From Octopus vulgaris (lineage: Eukaryota): a stretch of DNA of 64,000 bases. Position numbers and translations under genes: made by a program. Below the pieces are notes generated by a model that searched no databases, was not told the DNA's origin, and saw only the letters and a program-made list of their open reading frames with translations. Of this stretch, positions 11,875-23,269 are shown piece by piece; the first letter of the stretch is position 1; each line of letters starts with the position of its first letter. Location: the NCBI GenBank assembly GCA_951406725.2, contig OX597816.1:94612001-94676000 (forward strand). The letters run 5' to 3'.

Positions 11875-12084
11875 AAGCGGCGAGCTGGCAGAAATGTTAG
11901 CATGCTGAGCAAAATGCTTAGTGGTATTTCGTCTGTCTATATTCTGAGTTCAAATTACGCTGAAGCTGACTTTGCTTTTCATCCTTTCAGGATCGATAAA
12001 TTAAGTACCAGTTGTGTACTCAGGTCGATCTAATCGACTGACCCCTCCCCACAAATTTCGGGCATTGTGCCTAGAGTAGAAAAG
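11875..12084 (+). mobile_element. Nin/Deu-like tRNA SINE
   Basis: Same family as 7221. 17-bp TSD AATAATCTATGAGCATA (11858-11874, 12085-12101). Confidence 0.85.
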
Positions 12085-12625
12085 AATAATCTATGAGCAT
12101 ATTGTGTCTCCTTTATGTGTCTATCAGCTTCAAATCCTTTGAATTAGAAAGCCCACCCAATGTACTCATTATCTTTATTGCACATCACCATATAAAGCTT
12201 CACTATTCCTTTACCAGAACTGTGTTCCTCTGGAAATTTTTCTTGACCAATATTTTTCTATATATATAGCAACCCACCAAAAGTGGATATCAACTGTATT
12301 GATTTATTCAAGAAGACCTGCAATTATCAGAATATGAGTGCTACCCATCTTTCTTTGACTACATAAAAAAAAATTAAAATCCTGACTCCTACCCTTCAGT
12401 TCAGTGATTAATAAGTAGTAATGGGGACAGCTTATCCAACTGTCTAAATATGAAAAGAAAAAATTAGCAGGTAAAATGCCTATAAAGTAATAAAATGTAT
12501 TGTTTGTCAAATTACTGTTTCTATGAAGAGCATTAAATGTTTCAAAAATTCTCCTTGTTGTTGTTATTTTCAAAGTACTAAAATTTTCATCTTTTATACT
12601 TTAAATTGTTAAATGTTACATTTAC

Positions 12626-12712
12626 TGCGAACTGGAGCAAGTTTTAGGATAGGAAAAATAATTTCCAATGAAATATTTGTTCTGAGCAATATTTTCCTGT
12701 CAAATGCTTCTG
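12626..12712 (-). CDS. Weak candidate exon (87 nt, phase 1-1) of the putative minus-strand gene
   Basis: CCTAAT branch-like site, TTTCAATACAG| acceptor and A|GTAAAT donor. Frame EAFDRKILLRTNISLEIIFPILKLAPVR. Confidence 0.2.
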
Positions 12713-12932
12713 CTGTATTGAAACTATATGAATTAGGTCAAGACAAGTCAATCCTTGCTTCCTGATGAAAAATAAAAAAAAAACAACTATTTTAACTATA
12801 ATTTCAAATATGAAAGAATTCACAGGATCTGTTGATTGTTATTGCTAAAGTGATGGTTTACATGTGACACTTGAAACAACTGAAAAATATTCAGTAGAAA
12901 ATGTTTTTATGTTAGGTGCATGTTGGTTGTAG

Positions 12933-13450
12933 CATCATCATCATCATCATTTAACATCCATTGGGTTGGACGGTTTGACCAGGGCTGATAAGCTGAGGGG
13001 CTGCACCAGATTCCAGTCTGATTTGGTATGGTTTCTATGGCTGGATGCCCTTCCTAATGCCAACCACTCAGAGAGTGTAATAGGTGCTTTTACGTGCCAG
13101 TTGTGTGACACCAGTATCTGCCATGACTATGCTTTTACTTGGCTTGATGGATCTTCTTTCGCAAGCAAAGCATATTGCCAAAGGTCTCAGTCATTTGTCA
13201 TTGCCTCTGTGAAGCCCAGCACACATAAAGTGCATTTTACATGTCCCCAGCACGGTTGCTAGTTCTGCGACATCAGCATCAGCCACATTGCTTCTGCGAC
13301 GCCTAATGCTCGAAAGGTGCTTTTTATGTGCCACTGGCATGGGTGCCAGTTACGTGGCACCGACAACAGTCACAACTATGATTTCACTTGATTTTCACTT
13401 TGCAAACATGGCATATTGCCAAATGTCTCAGTCACTAGTCATTGCCTCCA
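12933..13450 (-). mobile_element. (GAT)n-tailed retroposon (GGAAGGGCATCC family), older copy
   Basis: (CAT)n followed by GGATGCCCTTCCTAATGCCAACCACT on +. Homologous to 14181 and 53600. Confidence 0.75.
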
Positions 13451-13454
13451 TGAG

Positions 13455-13930
13455 GCCACCACATGGTTTTGGGTTCAGTCTCATTGTGTGCCACCTTGGG
13501 CATGTGTCTTCTACTATAGTCCTAGGCCAACTAAAGCCTTATAAATGGATTTGGCAGACACAAACTGAAAGAAGATTGTTGTTTGTATATATATATCTAT
13601 GTTCATGTGTCTGTGTTTACATCCCTATAATTTAGTAGTTCTGCAAAAGAGATTGATAGAATAAGTAACAGGATTTAAATAAAAAACAAATGGGGGTTGA
13701 TTTGTATGACTAAATATTTCAAGATGGTGCTCTATCATAGTTGCAGTCCAATGACTGAAACAAGAAAAAGATACTATATACATGTGTGTGTGTGTGTGTG
13801 ATAAAGGCTTCCTTCCCAACCACATGGTTCCAGGTTCAGTCTGACTGAATGACAACTTGGTCAAGTGTCTTCTACTATATATAGCCTCAAATTGGCCAAA
13901 GCCTTGCAAGTGGATTTGATAGATAAAACT
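13455..13930 (+). mobile_element. Two fragments of a tRNA-derived CORE-like SINE
   Basis: CCACATGGTT..GGTTCAGTC...CCTTGGGCA.GTGTCTTCTACTATAG...TGGATTTG motif at 13457 and 13820. Same family as 28113 and 59073. Confidence 0.65.
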
Positions 13931-14180
13931 TAACTCCTAGCAGATGGATTTAGTGCTGATAGTCTGTGCTGTGTATCAGTATTAGGCCATTCAGTAACTA
14001 CATAATTTTTTATACAAGGAATTTTAATGTATTTACAGATTTTTCTCAGTGTGGTATATTTGAAAACACAGTGCCGCAAATAGCAAGACATCACACTGCT
14101 CACACGCACTTTGTTTCGATGTAGTCGGTACTGTTTCTTGTCTGCAAGGGTTTAAAGAAGCCCATTGTGTGTGTGTATAT

Positions 14181-14475
14181 ATCATCATCATCGTTTAACG
14201 TCCGCTTTCCATGCTAGCATGGGTTGGACGGTTCAACTGGGGTCTGGGGAGCCCAAAGGCTGCACCAGGCCAGTCAGATCTGGCAGTGTTTCTACAGCTG
14301 GATGCCCTTCCTAACGCCAACCACTCCGAGAGTGTAGTGGGTGATTTTATGTGCCACCGACACAGGTGCCAGACGAGGCTGGCGGACGGCCACGCTCGGA
14401 TGGTGTTTTTTATGTGCCACCGACACAGGTGCCAGATGAGGCTGGCGAACGGCCACGCTTGGATGGTGTTTTTTA
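14181..14475 (-). mobile_element. Young (GAT)n-tailed retroposon with internal ~60-bp tandem units
   Basis: CpG-rich. The unit ATGTGCCACCGACACAGGTGCCAGA.GAGGCTGGCG.ACGGCCACGCT.GGATGGTG occurs twice (14349-14469), followed by (TA)n. Confidence 0.85.
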
Positions 14476-14562
14476 TAAATATACACACACACATGTATAT
14501 ATATATATATATACCTACACACACATACATATACTCATATACATATACATATGTATATATAT

Positions 14563-14629
<67 letters not shown>

Positions 14630-14911
14630 TTCAATTAAAGGTTAAATACCTCATTAAGGGATAATAAAATCCAATGAATATACTGGTATATTACCTATTA
14701 CAATAAGTATTAAATATTATAATTAATAATCAACAGTAAGGCAATTAGATAACCCGGGGTTTATATATATTTATTTAAGAAAAAAATAAGAAAATAGAGA
14801 TAATTAATAATTATTCATCAATTACAAAATTGGACGTCATCTCTGGCAGCTGTTTCGATTCAAAAACTTTACAAATTAACTAGTATAATTAAAAACATTA
14901 TAAATTTGAAT

Positions 14912-15880
14912 ACAGCAGTCACCCTTTTGCCCCAAGGCAGCACTATCTCCCCCAGGCACCTGATGTAGGCCTCTGTGTTGCGTCTGAGGTCGTGTGAGAA
15001 GATGAATGGAGGCATAGCATCAGAGTCACTAGTGATCACTCCAAACACCATGAAGGTGTCATTTTATATTTTTAATTTTATGCATGTGCATCGTTTGTTT
15101 TTGATTTTGTTGACTACACAGTATAGTAGGGTCAGTTGGACACCATCTGGGAGAAAACCAGCGTCATGATGCAATTCACTCAGCCAGAAATTTGTAAACA
15201 ACATACTGTACTGCTTGGCATTCACACCAGAAGCTCCAATATGAACATTTCAGTGTTTGGATGTCAATCTGAGGATATGTATGAAGAGTGATAAGAATCA
15301 AGCATCTAATCAACATTATAGTGTTTGGAGTGATCACTAGTGATGGTGATGTTTTGCCTCCAGTCATCTTCCCACATGGCCCCAGACTCAACACAGAGGC
15401 CTACATCAGGTGCCTGGAGGATGTAGTGCTGCCCTGGGTAAAAAGGGGGGCTGCTGGATGACCCTATGCTTGGCAACAGGACTCTGCACCATGCCACACA
15501 AGCAAGAGAACCCAGTTATGGCTATCAGACAATTTCTGCAACCACATCACCCCTAACATTTGGCCACCTAACTCCTCAGACTGCAACCCCATTGCTTGTT
15601 ATGTGTGGAGTGCAGTTGAGCGAGAGGTCAACAACGTTCCTTGTAACACCAAAGATGAATTGAAGGCAAGGATTATGGCAGCATTCATCAACTTAAACAA
15701 GGAGACTTTCCAGAAGAGTTGCAGGAGATCCTGAAATTGTCTGGAGACGATGGTTGAAGCAAGTGGCGATTTTATTGAATACATTTACTCTTTAGTATTT
15801 CAAGATATTTTTTATGTAATTTTGGTACATATATCTCTTAATATGAGATGTTAGTGTTATTTTTCTGTTTATCATTTTTA
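14912..15880 (+). mobile_element. maT/DD37D Tc1-mariner remnant (+, ~15055-15880) preceded by an inverted internal fragment (-, ~14912-15052)
   Basis: VFGVITSDG, RLNTEAYIRCLEDVVLPW, WQQDSAPCHTSKRTQ...WPPNSSDCNP; 37-residue spacing to the third catalytic position. Homologous to 40174-41212. Confidence 0.85.
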
Positions 15881-16312
15881 GAATAATTTCCAAACAAAAA
15901 GGTGTGTGATTTAAGGGAGATTTATCTGTTGTTTCCAGCACATTCCACAACCACCCGGTACTTTCCTTGTTTCTTTGTCACTCTGATGTGTATTGATATT
16001 TTTCAATATTTTTCTCCTCATAAACAAATTTTATGGAATGACGACGCAGTGGTCCATTGCTGGGGTTTAGGCAATGAAAGCAGAAAAAAAAAAATTTTAA
16101 TCTTTAACCCCACCATCCTGCATCAAGTGAGTCTATGTGTGTGTGTGTGAGAGAAAAATGAAATTTACTAACAGAAGAATATGTTATTAAACTAAAGCAT
16201 CTTTTACATAACCTTTTTCAAAATCACTGTTACTCTAATGCACACATATACACAATCAGCTGGAGTAAGGATATACTTTTATAGAGAGTAAGAAATTTAA
16301 CCATGAGAAAAT

Positions 16313-16348
<36 letters not shown>

Positions 16349-17225
16349 GAGAGAGAGAGATCTTTTATATTGCTGTCACAGACTTTGAAATTTAAAAAGT
16401 GAAAATTTTCAAATTGATGTACTTTTTCAGATGAATATGTTTGTAATTAATTTATTCCAGAACAAAATTTTAGAAAGATGTTATAGAAGTTCGAGCATTT
16501 TTATCCAATCAGAAAACAAAATTTGTACATAATAGCTGTGATAAATGAAAGTAAACATTAGAAGATGAAGTTTTAAACAAAATGAAAGTAAAGCGTGGAG
16601 TTAATACACAGAAAGAGAGTAAGTGTCCAAGGATATTGTAAATATATATACAGAGATAGAGTGATGGTGTGAAGTAGAGAGTGGGAGATTTGTCGATCTA
16701 AAAGTTGAGTTATTTCTCGTAGAAAATTATATCATTATTATTTAAGGACGACATTGTCATTAGGAAACAGATTTCAAAAATCAAATTCGTTTTTCTCGAG
16801 GATAGAGCCTTTCAGAGCTAAACACACCTACATTACCACATACACTCGCATTTATATAGTAGAAATGTGTGTGTGTATTTGCGTGTCCTCGACCCCCACC
16901 TCAACCCGCCGATTACCTGTCAATCATCGTTGATGTTTTTACGTCCATGTAACTTGGTGGTTCGGCAAAAGAGACCGTTAGAACAAATACCTGGCTTTAA
17001 AAAAATACTAAGTAAACAATTACTTCACAAAAACCTCAGAGTTATGACAGTGTAAATATTGATTGTAAATACACATATAAATTATTTAAATGTACCCAGC
17101 ATTCTTTTTTTCACCCTTTGTAAGTGTGCACATAATCATACACTAATGCACATCATATATTGCATAATCAATATCGTATGTACTTCCTGGACCTATCTTG
17201 AAATTTTCACATCTGTCACACTTAC

Positions 17226-17280
17226 TTTGATTTACTTGCAGCATTTTGATGCCTGCTATGATCATAAATTAGGAGGAGAT
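17226..17280 (-). CDS. Candidate exon of the putative minus-strand gene, possibly holding the start codon (ATG at 17265)
   Basis: TTAACAG| acceptor and strong AA|GTAAGT donor. MIIAGIKMLQVNQ ends in phase 1. Confidence 0.25.
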
Positions 17281-17612
17281 CTGTTAAATCTATACATGTA
17301 TAAACATAGCTAAGCTAACACACAATGTAACTGTGATTTTAAATTTAATACTAGGACTGGTTTATTTCCAGCTAAAGTGAAACTAACTCTACATCTCTGG
17401 AATTCCTGTAGTTGTGACTGGAATCCCTTTTACTTGACTCAGCTAACATATTTGTCTCCCTACTTTTAGTGACTTTTACTGAGTGTAGTGGTAACATGTA
17501 GGCTATCAAGTAAAGACTGGTAGATTATGTGTGTTCTGGGGAATCATGAAGTGTCACGTTCCTGGTAAAATTTTAATTTCTCTTTGGGACAAAGAATATG
17601 AACCTCACATTA

Positions 17613-17668
<56 letters not shown>

Positions 17669-17917
17669 TTTCTCTGAAATAAAATAGACAGCAAAGAAAT
17701 ATGATAAGAATGTTTACTAAGGAATGAGTAAGACGATAGCTATCCTCCGGGGGTGGAGGACACTGAAGGAACTTGAGACTAGATAGATTCTGTGGCCCTA
17801 AGAAATGAGAATTTGAACATAAAAAATTAGAGGCTGGCCCAAATTTACAAACAGAAGTGGATATAACCTATAAGTTTCACCAGAAAGGAAATATTAAAAT
17901 TATGGCAATAATGACAA

Positions 17918-18040
17918 GGGGCGTAGAGTGTGGATCGCACAGGTCGACCACTTTATAAACGTGTGTTTACTGTAATCAAATGTATTATACGTTTAATTTG
18001 GCAATCGCACAGGGCAGCCGAAAGCCACACTACGCCACGG
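17918..18040. mobile_element. Small hAT-like MITE
   Basis: Imperfect TIRs GGGGCGTAGAGTGTGG / CCACACTACGCCACGG. Exact 8-bp direct repeat AATGACAA at 17910-17917 and 18041-18048. Confidence 0.6.
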
Positions 18041-18222
18041 AATGACAAACATCTATTCTCTCTACATTAACAGTAACATTTATGACCAGTAGAATGAAGG
18101 TATTGAAAAATCCTACATAGTCGTGAGATCGAATAAAAAACAAGTAAATATGATATTGATTTACGACCTACATCACAACAAAACAGTAAAGTTTCATTAT
18201 TCTTCCGAAGTTCACTTCTTAC

Positions 18223-18845
18223 CTGCAAGTATTTCCCTAAATACATTTATCCTCGTTAACTTCTCACAGATAAAAGGGGCCAAGGGGTTTAACGAAGCAA
18301 GTTGCAAGATTTAATCGTTTCATTGTCAAATAAGAACAATGAAACCATATCTATTTAATAATAGTCGAAACTGTATACATCAATAAGTAGAAAATATGTA
18401 AATATTTTTGTCTTGCATAGATGAGTAAGTTTCATGACTGTAACAGATGTAATTTTTCGCATGAGACAGAAATCGTCATTTCAAAACATTTTTATGTTGT
18501 CATTAGCAACTCGATTACCACTTATATCACAATCAAATTTTATGTTTGCTGAATAAGATTAATAGAAGTAAAATTTCTATTTATATCGCAAAGAAATATC
18601 GAATGACTGATGAGTAATTATTTTTATAGCGAGAAATAATTTTACGATCCTTATTTTATCAGCAGTCAAATAACAAACAAAGAAAAAATATACATTGTGG
18701 CGCAAGGTTGTCATACTCTCCCTTTACAGAAATTTGTGCTTGGTTTAAGCGGCACACAATGGCGCTAATACAGATTTACGATGGGACAATGTTAAAACGT
18801 TAGGTTTTCTTATTTTATTTTTTTTTTATCGGGAACGACTTCAGG
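18223..18845. promoter_or_regulatory. BLTP3 promoter/5' UTR region, possibly bidirectional
   Basis: Unique CpG-retaining sequence directly upstream of the ATG, with a YY1-like ACAATGGCG at ~18756-18764. A strong minus-strand donor CAG|GTAAG lies at 18223/18222. Confidence 0.5.
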
Positions 18846-18889
18846 ATGACATCGTTACTAAAGAACCAGATCCTGAAGCATTTATCAAG
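18846..18889 (+). CDS. BLTP3B: BLTP3 / UHRF1BP1-like (bridge-like lipid transfer protein, chorein-N) coding exon 1
   Basis: ATG ACA TCG TTA CTA AAG AAC CAG ATC CTG AAG CAT TTA TCA AG|GTAAGT translates to MTSLLKNQILKHLS(R). This matches the recalled BLTP3 N-terminus MAGIIKKQILKHLSR. Probably the single invertebrate orthologue of BLTP3A/B. Confidence 0.93.
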
Positions 18890-19371
18890 GTAAGTGATAT
18901 TTATGTGCCATACAAAAGTGATGAAGATGGTTATAGTGGTCAGTGTAAGGCCCACGGCAGCTAGCTACTCCCACTACACACATCATGTTGACTCAGTGAA
19001 TACAGTATCATTTTACAGTGATACAATTTCTCTTTTACAAGGATTACATATAAGATATGAACACGCTATTACGATTTAAATGGACAGTGTCTTTTGATTT
19101 TTACTTAAGATCTGCGTTAATGTGTTTTATGGATAACATAGACGTCCTATCTCTCCATCCATCGTTATTTATATTTATTTCATCTATCTATCTTTCTATC
19201 TACATACGCGTGCACATACATACACGTACTTATACACACACGCACACATACATACACATACTTATACATACTTTCACACACGCACACATTTGTTGAAGGC
19301 TGATGATTCATTCTTTCTGTCTCTACTCGGAGTTTTTTTTACTACATGTGATCCTTCTGTCGCTTGAAGGG

Positions 19372-19403
<32 letters not shown>

Positions 19404-19748
19404 CTAATTGTTTAATCTCAGGTCAGCTTTTCTTTGTAGACTTTTAATCTAAAACGCGTTCCATCTATGACTATTTCTTTCCAGACATTGTGTCTAGGAT
19501 TATAATTTTCATTGTTTTTTCATTTTATAAGATGTTAGCGTGTGATTTCAGGTAGCTTTAGTTTTTTTTTTAATATTTTAGCTTGCCGCTTACTCATTTC
19601 TCATCCTGTTTGTAGTTACCACACACTCACTCGTACATACGAATCGGTAAATCTCGGTATGTGCGTGTGTGTGTATATATATATATATATTTATTAAGTA
19701 TAGGAAAGAATGGAGCTGAACGAAGATTTAACAAAATTCCTTTATTTT

Positions 19749-19834
19749 ATTTTCGACATATGTTTCGAAGTCTGCAAAGCCCCTAATTCCGAGTGAATAA
19801 GGAGTCCATTATGCAGTTTTCTCTTCAGGAAAAT
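19749..19834 (-). ncRNA. Type I hammerhead ribozyme motif with intact core, inside a TA-flanked Penelope-like fragment (~19690-19930)
   Basis: The - strand reads ATTTTC CTGAAGA [GAA..CTGCA...TGCAG..TTC] GAA ACATATGT C GAAAAT. It has a 6-bp stem I, canonical CUGANGA/GAAA, palindromic stem III and a GUC triplet. Confidence 0.75.
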
Positions 19835-19928
19835 CCAGGAACTTAATTCTCCAACAAAATGCACAAGTTTGCTACCCAGGTATCGGTTATCTTTCGAATT
19901 ATCCGTAATAAGATAATTCATTTGTCTA

Positions 19929-19973
<45 letters not shown>

Positions 19974-20714
19974 ACACACGCATATCCCGAGCAAATCAAC
20001 TTTACCATTATCAGTTCAACATACACATATCCTGAGGAAATAAACTTTATTTTGTACATTAGTCGTGGATTAATCTGAATCGCTCATTATGAACCAGAAT
20101 TTAGTTTCCCTTAACTTAATATTTTCCTTAGATTAAAACTACGAGACTCTAAGGATGGGTTGAAATACTTTCCACTTTTGCGGCCTTTAGCTTAGTGCGG
20201 GTGAGGCATCTGGTGATGTCCACTTATTGTCTGGTCGAGTTTGTTGTCTTTTTTTGTCCCTCGCCCTTGCAGTGATGGAAAACTATATAATATTCTCTGT
20301 TCTTAAAACGTGAGAAATATCTTCTGATGTGTCCTATTTGGTTTGGTTGAGACATTCTGATTATATCTCCCCTAACGTCAAATGAGATCTGTGAATGACC
20401 CCTAACATAGGCGTGGGTGGATCGTTCTTATGTCTCCCATCCTTAATATGCGTACGACGCTCTGATTATATCCGCTTGCTTTGGTTGGGTCAGGCACTTC
20501 TTTTAAGCAATGTCATTTTAATTAGAATAGTTAAATACCGTTAGTAGTATTTCTTCTGCTTTAAGTTGCTGTACATTTCTTAAACGTCAACTTTGACATT
20601 TCCATAGTGAGAATTAATTTATGTTAACACGACCTAGATGTCCCCCCTGCTTATGTGTCTCCCGTTATCAGGCGCTATTCTCTTGAGCCGTTTCACCGTC
20701 TTGTTCTTTAAGTT

Positions 20715-20965
20715 TGTCTTGCATTGATCGGACCAGATCTATGATCAGAGACGTTCCATCCACGATTAATTAATATTCTTTTTCTTTTCTGACAGTGAAT
20801 CTAAGATTACATTATCAATTGTGCTCGGTCTTGTTTTTCGAAAACAGTTAGGTGTGATCTGAAGGAGATTTAGCTGCTATTTCTAGCGCGGTTCGAGCAA
20901 CTATGCAAATGCTCTTGCGATTTGGTTGTTATTTCTAGCAGGACGGGCGCCACGTAGACGCTCCC
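20715..20965 (+). repeat. Abundant unclassified dispersed repeat (GATCAAAGGCATTCCAGC...GTGTGATTTGAGGGAGATTTGGCTGCTATTTCTAGC)
   Basis: Related copies at ~8885, 19410, 32945-33500 (clustered), 37360(-), 39440, 44740-45075(-), 47300, 60790 and 61430(-). Confidence 0.7.
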
Positions 20966-21790
20966 AAGTTTATAGATTTGACAAGAATGTCAATTGCAGA
21001 AAATAACCAAACACATCACTAAACATAGCAGATGTGATGATGCTTACAATTATATTGTAGCCAGCTTTTTCTAATTTCATTTCTCGTCTTTAATCTTGAC
21101 TTACCTCAGCGTTTTAGTCATATATAAGATAGACTTATAAATCCAATGACCATAGTTTTCTTTTTTTTTCGTTGGTTTTGATTGTCAAAGGAGCTATGCA
21201 CGTGGCCATCATAGACCTTTTGTGATTGGTGGGATTGACCTCGCTGCTTAGGATGTTGTAAGAAATACATGTGGAGGGAGGGAGGGAGTTCTCGAGGACT
21301 GACATTCTGAGAAAGACTGGGCATAGTGTTTAGTGTGTGTGTGTAGGGGTGGTGGTGCTGGTGGTAGACAATGTGTTTAACAACAAAAAGAGGAGAGAGA
21401 TAAGTTAGTTCAAGTGCCTGAATGAGAGTGTTTCAAGATCAGTCATCCCTGAAGAGCAAAGGCCACTGTAGTAGCAGTTGAAAAAGTAGAGAGGAGACAA
21501 TATGTGTGTGGGCAAGAGATTAGAGTATATTTGTGAGTCACTTTTTGCCAATTACTTAATTGGCTTTTCTTTGGATGTCTGTTTGAAGTAGTAGCACAGT
21601 TCCAGATGTGATAATAGTTCTCTATTGTGGGCTAACCTGTGCTTTGTATATACTTAAGTTCTTGGCTGGTGTGTTTTCTGGTTCTGAAGTGAAAGGTCAG
21701 TCTTTGAGCCATCATATTTACTATATGTTCACCAAGAGAGATCCTTAATGATATTGAGAACTAGCATTTGAAGTGATCAAGAGGGTTTAA

Positions 21791-21979
21791 CCCTTTAGCA
21801 TTCAGATTTCTTTGTCAAATATAATGCTTATTTATTTGCATTGTTTTGAATTAATTTTGTAGCTTCAAGATTTCAATTATGTGTTTGTAAGGTGGGTGTG
21901 AGAGGTTGGATCTGGTCAGTTTTAACATAAAACAGACAGAATATTTTGGCTGGATATCATTAGATTGAATGCTAAAAGG
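21791..21979. mobile_element. piggyBac-type MITE
   Basis: TTAA on both flanks; TIR CCCTTTAGCATTC / GAATGCTAAAAGG. Confidence 0.75.
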
Positions 21980-22079
21980 TTAAAGTGTTTGATCTGATAA
22001 TGTTTTCCTAATATACGTAGTGATTGTAGTTTTTGCAACTGAAAGCTGCAAGATTTGTATTTCTTCATTGGAGGATACT

Positions 22080-22500
22080 TTCAAGGTCTCTCTCTGTTCT
22101 CAGAGTCAGTGCAGATTCACTGTGAAGTGTCTAGGTTAGGTACTGTAATTTAGGGAAGAATGAAGAGTCATGTTATCTGTATAGGGGTAGGTATTGTTGG
22201 TAGTGATGAATAAAAGGTTAAGTATAGATGGAAAAGTGTCAGGACAAAACCAGACCCTGGGGCACAGTAGAATTGATAGAGTGTGGGTCAGACCAGGCTC
22301 CATCAATGCACAGCAAACCACTGATCCATGCGATGAAGGATGAACGGAGTCCATAGGTGGGCAGTTTTGATTTGCATGTTAGTTACATCAAAAACTTTGC
22401 TGATGTCGCAGGCAACAACGTTGCTTTCACCAAATTTCTTGAGTACATTACTTAAACCAAGCATAAATTTCTGTAAAGGGAGCATATGCCAATCTTGCTC
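22080..22500 (-). mobile_element. CR1/Jockey-type LINE RT remnant
   Basis: FGESNVVACDISKVFD, VPQG-like motif and degenerate YTDN (YADD position). Confidence 0.65.
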
Positions 22501-23269
22501 CACAATGAATTTGTAATTTTACTACTGATAAAATAATGATAGTAAAATAACTACTTGCTATAAAAATGATTGTTTGATATTCAATATTTCTTTGTCTTAT
22601 AAACTCTATTGATTTTATTTAGCAAATATACAATTTAACTGATGTAAGTAGTAATTGGGTTGCTAATGACAACATACATTAACTTGTGTGTACACCTGGT
22701 AGTGTGGGAGTGCATGTGTTTATATACATGTGTATCAGTAGGTATGTGTGTGTGCATAGATTTGTAGATGTTTTTACTGCCAAGCCTCCTATTCCTATTT
22801 GTACTCTTTGACCACTCTTAGCCTCTTAACACTCACTTCCTTGTCTCTCTTATCTTAATCACTCAACCCCCTATTGTTCTACATTTGTTTACTCCTACCC
22901 CACCCTGCAGTTTGAAATCCTTTCATCTCCCTATCTTCCACTTTCCTGATACTAGCCATTGGATCCCTACTGCCATCCTCATTATTCCTGTCCAGTGTAC
23001 TCTTATTTCCCTATCACACATCTTGTCACACTTACCTATCCATTTGTATGAGACTCACCTACATCCTGTTTCCCCTACTACCACCCTCACCACTTGAGTT
23101 CTTCAGTGCACTTTATCTTCATCCTCATCTTTCCCTTCTGTACTGCCAGTCATCTTCCCCTTTCTTGTCCAGGAATCCAAGCAAGCTCAGTCCAATGGCG
23201 TTGCATGTGTGTGTTTATATATGTATGACTGCAAGCTACTGGCCCATCATGGGTAGTTGCGACAAGAGC

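Noticed and set aside
12600-12761. Strong minus-strand acceptor TTTTTCATCAG at 12762
   Set aside because: All three frames stop before a usable donor, so it is not supportable as a coding exon.
14195-14645. ORFs with YIYI/HTHT/VCVC runs (also 30535-30841, 52566-53321, 58828-59074)
   Set aside because: Translations of microsatellites and SINEs.
14832-14866. Partial hammerhead 3' half on - (CGAAACAGCTGCC) near a (TA)n tract
   Set aside because: No CUGANGA or stem I partner is visible. It may be a truncated PLE piece but cannot be supported.
21060-21120. Isolated splice-like signals in BLTP3 intron 1 (also ~24632, ~29863, ~33915)
   Set aside because: No paired site with an open frame; exon 1 and exon 2 already join without missing residues.
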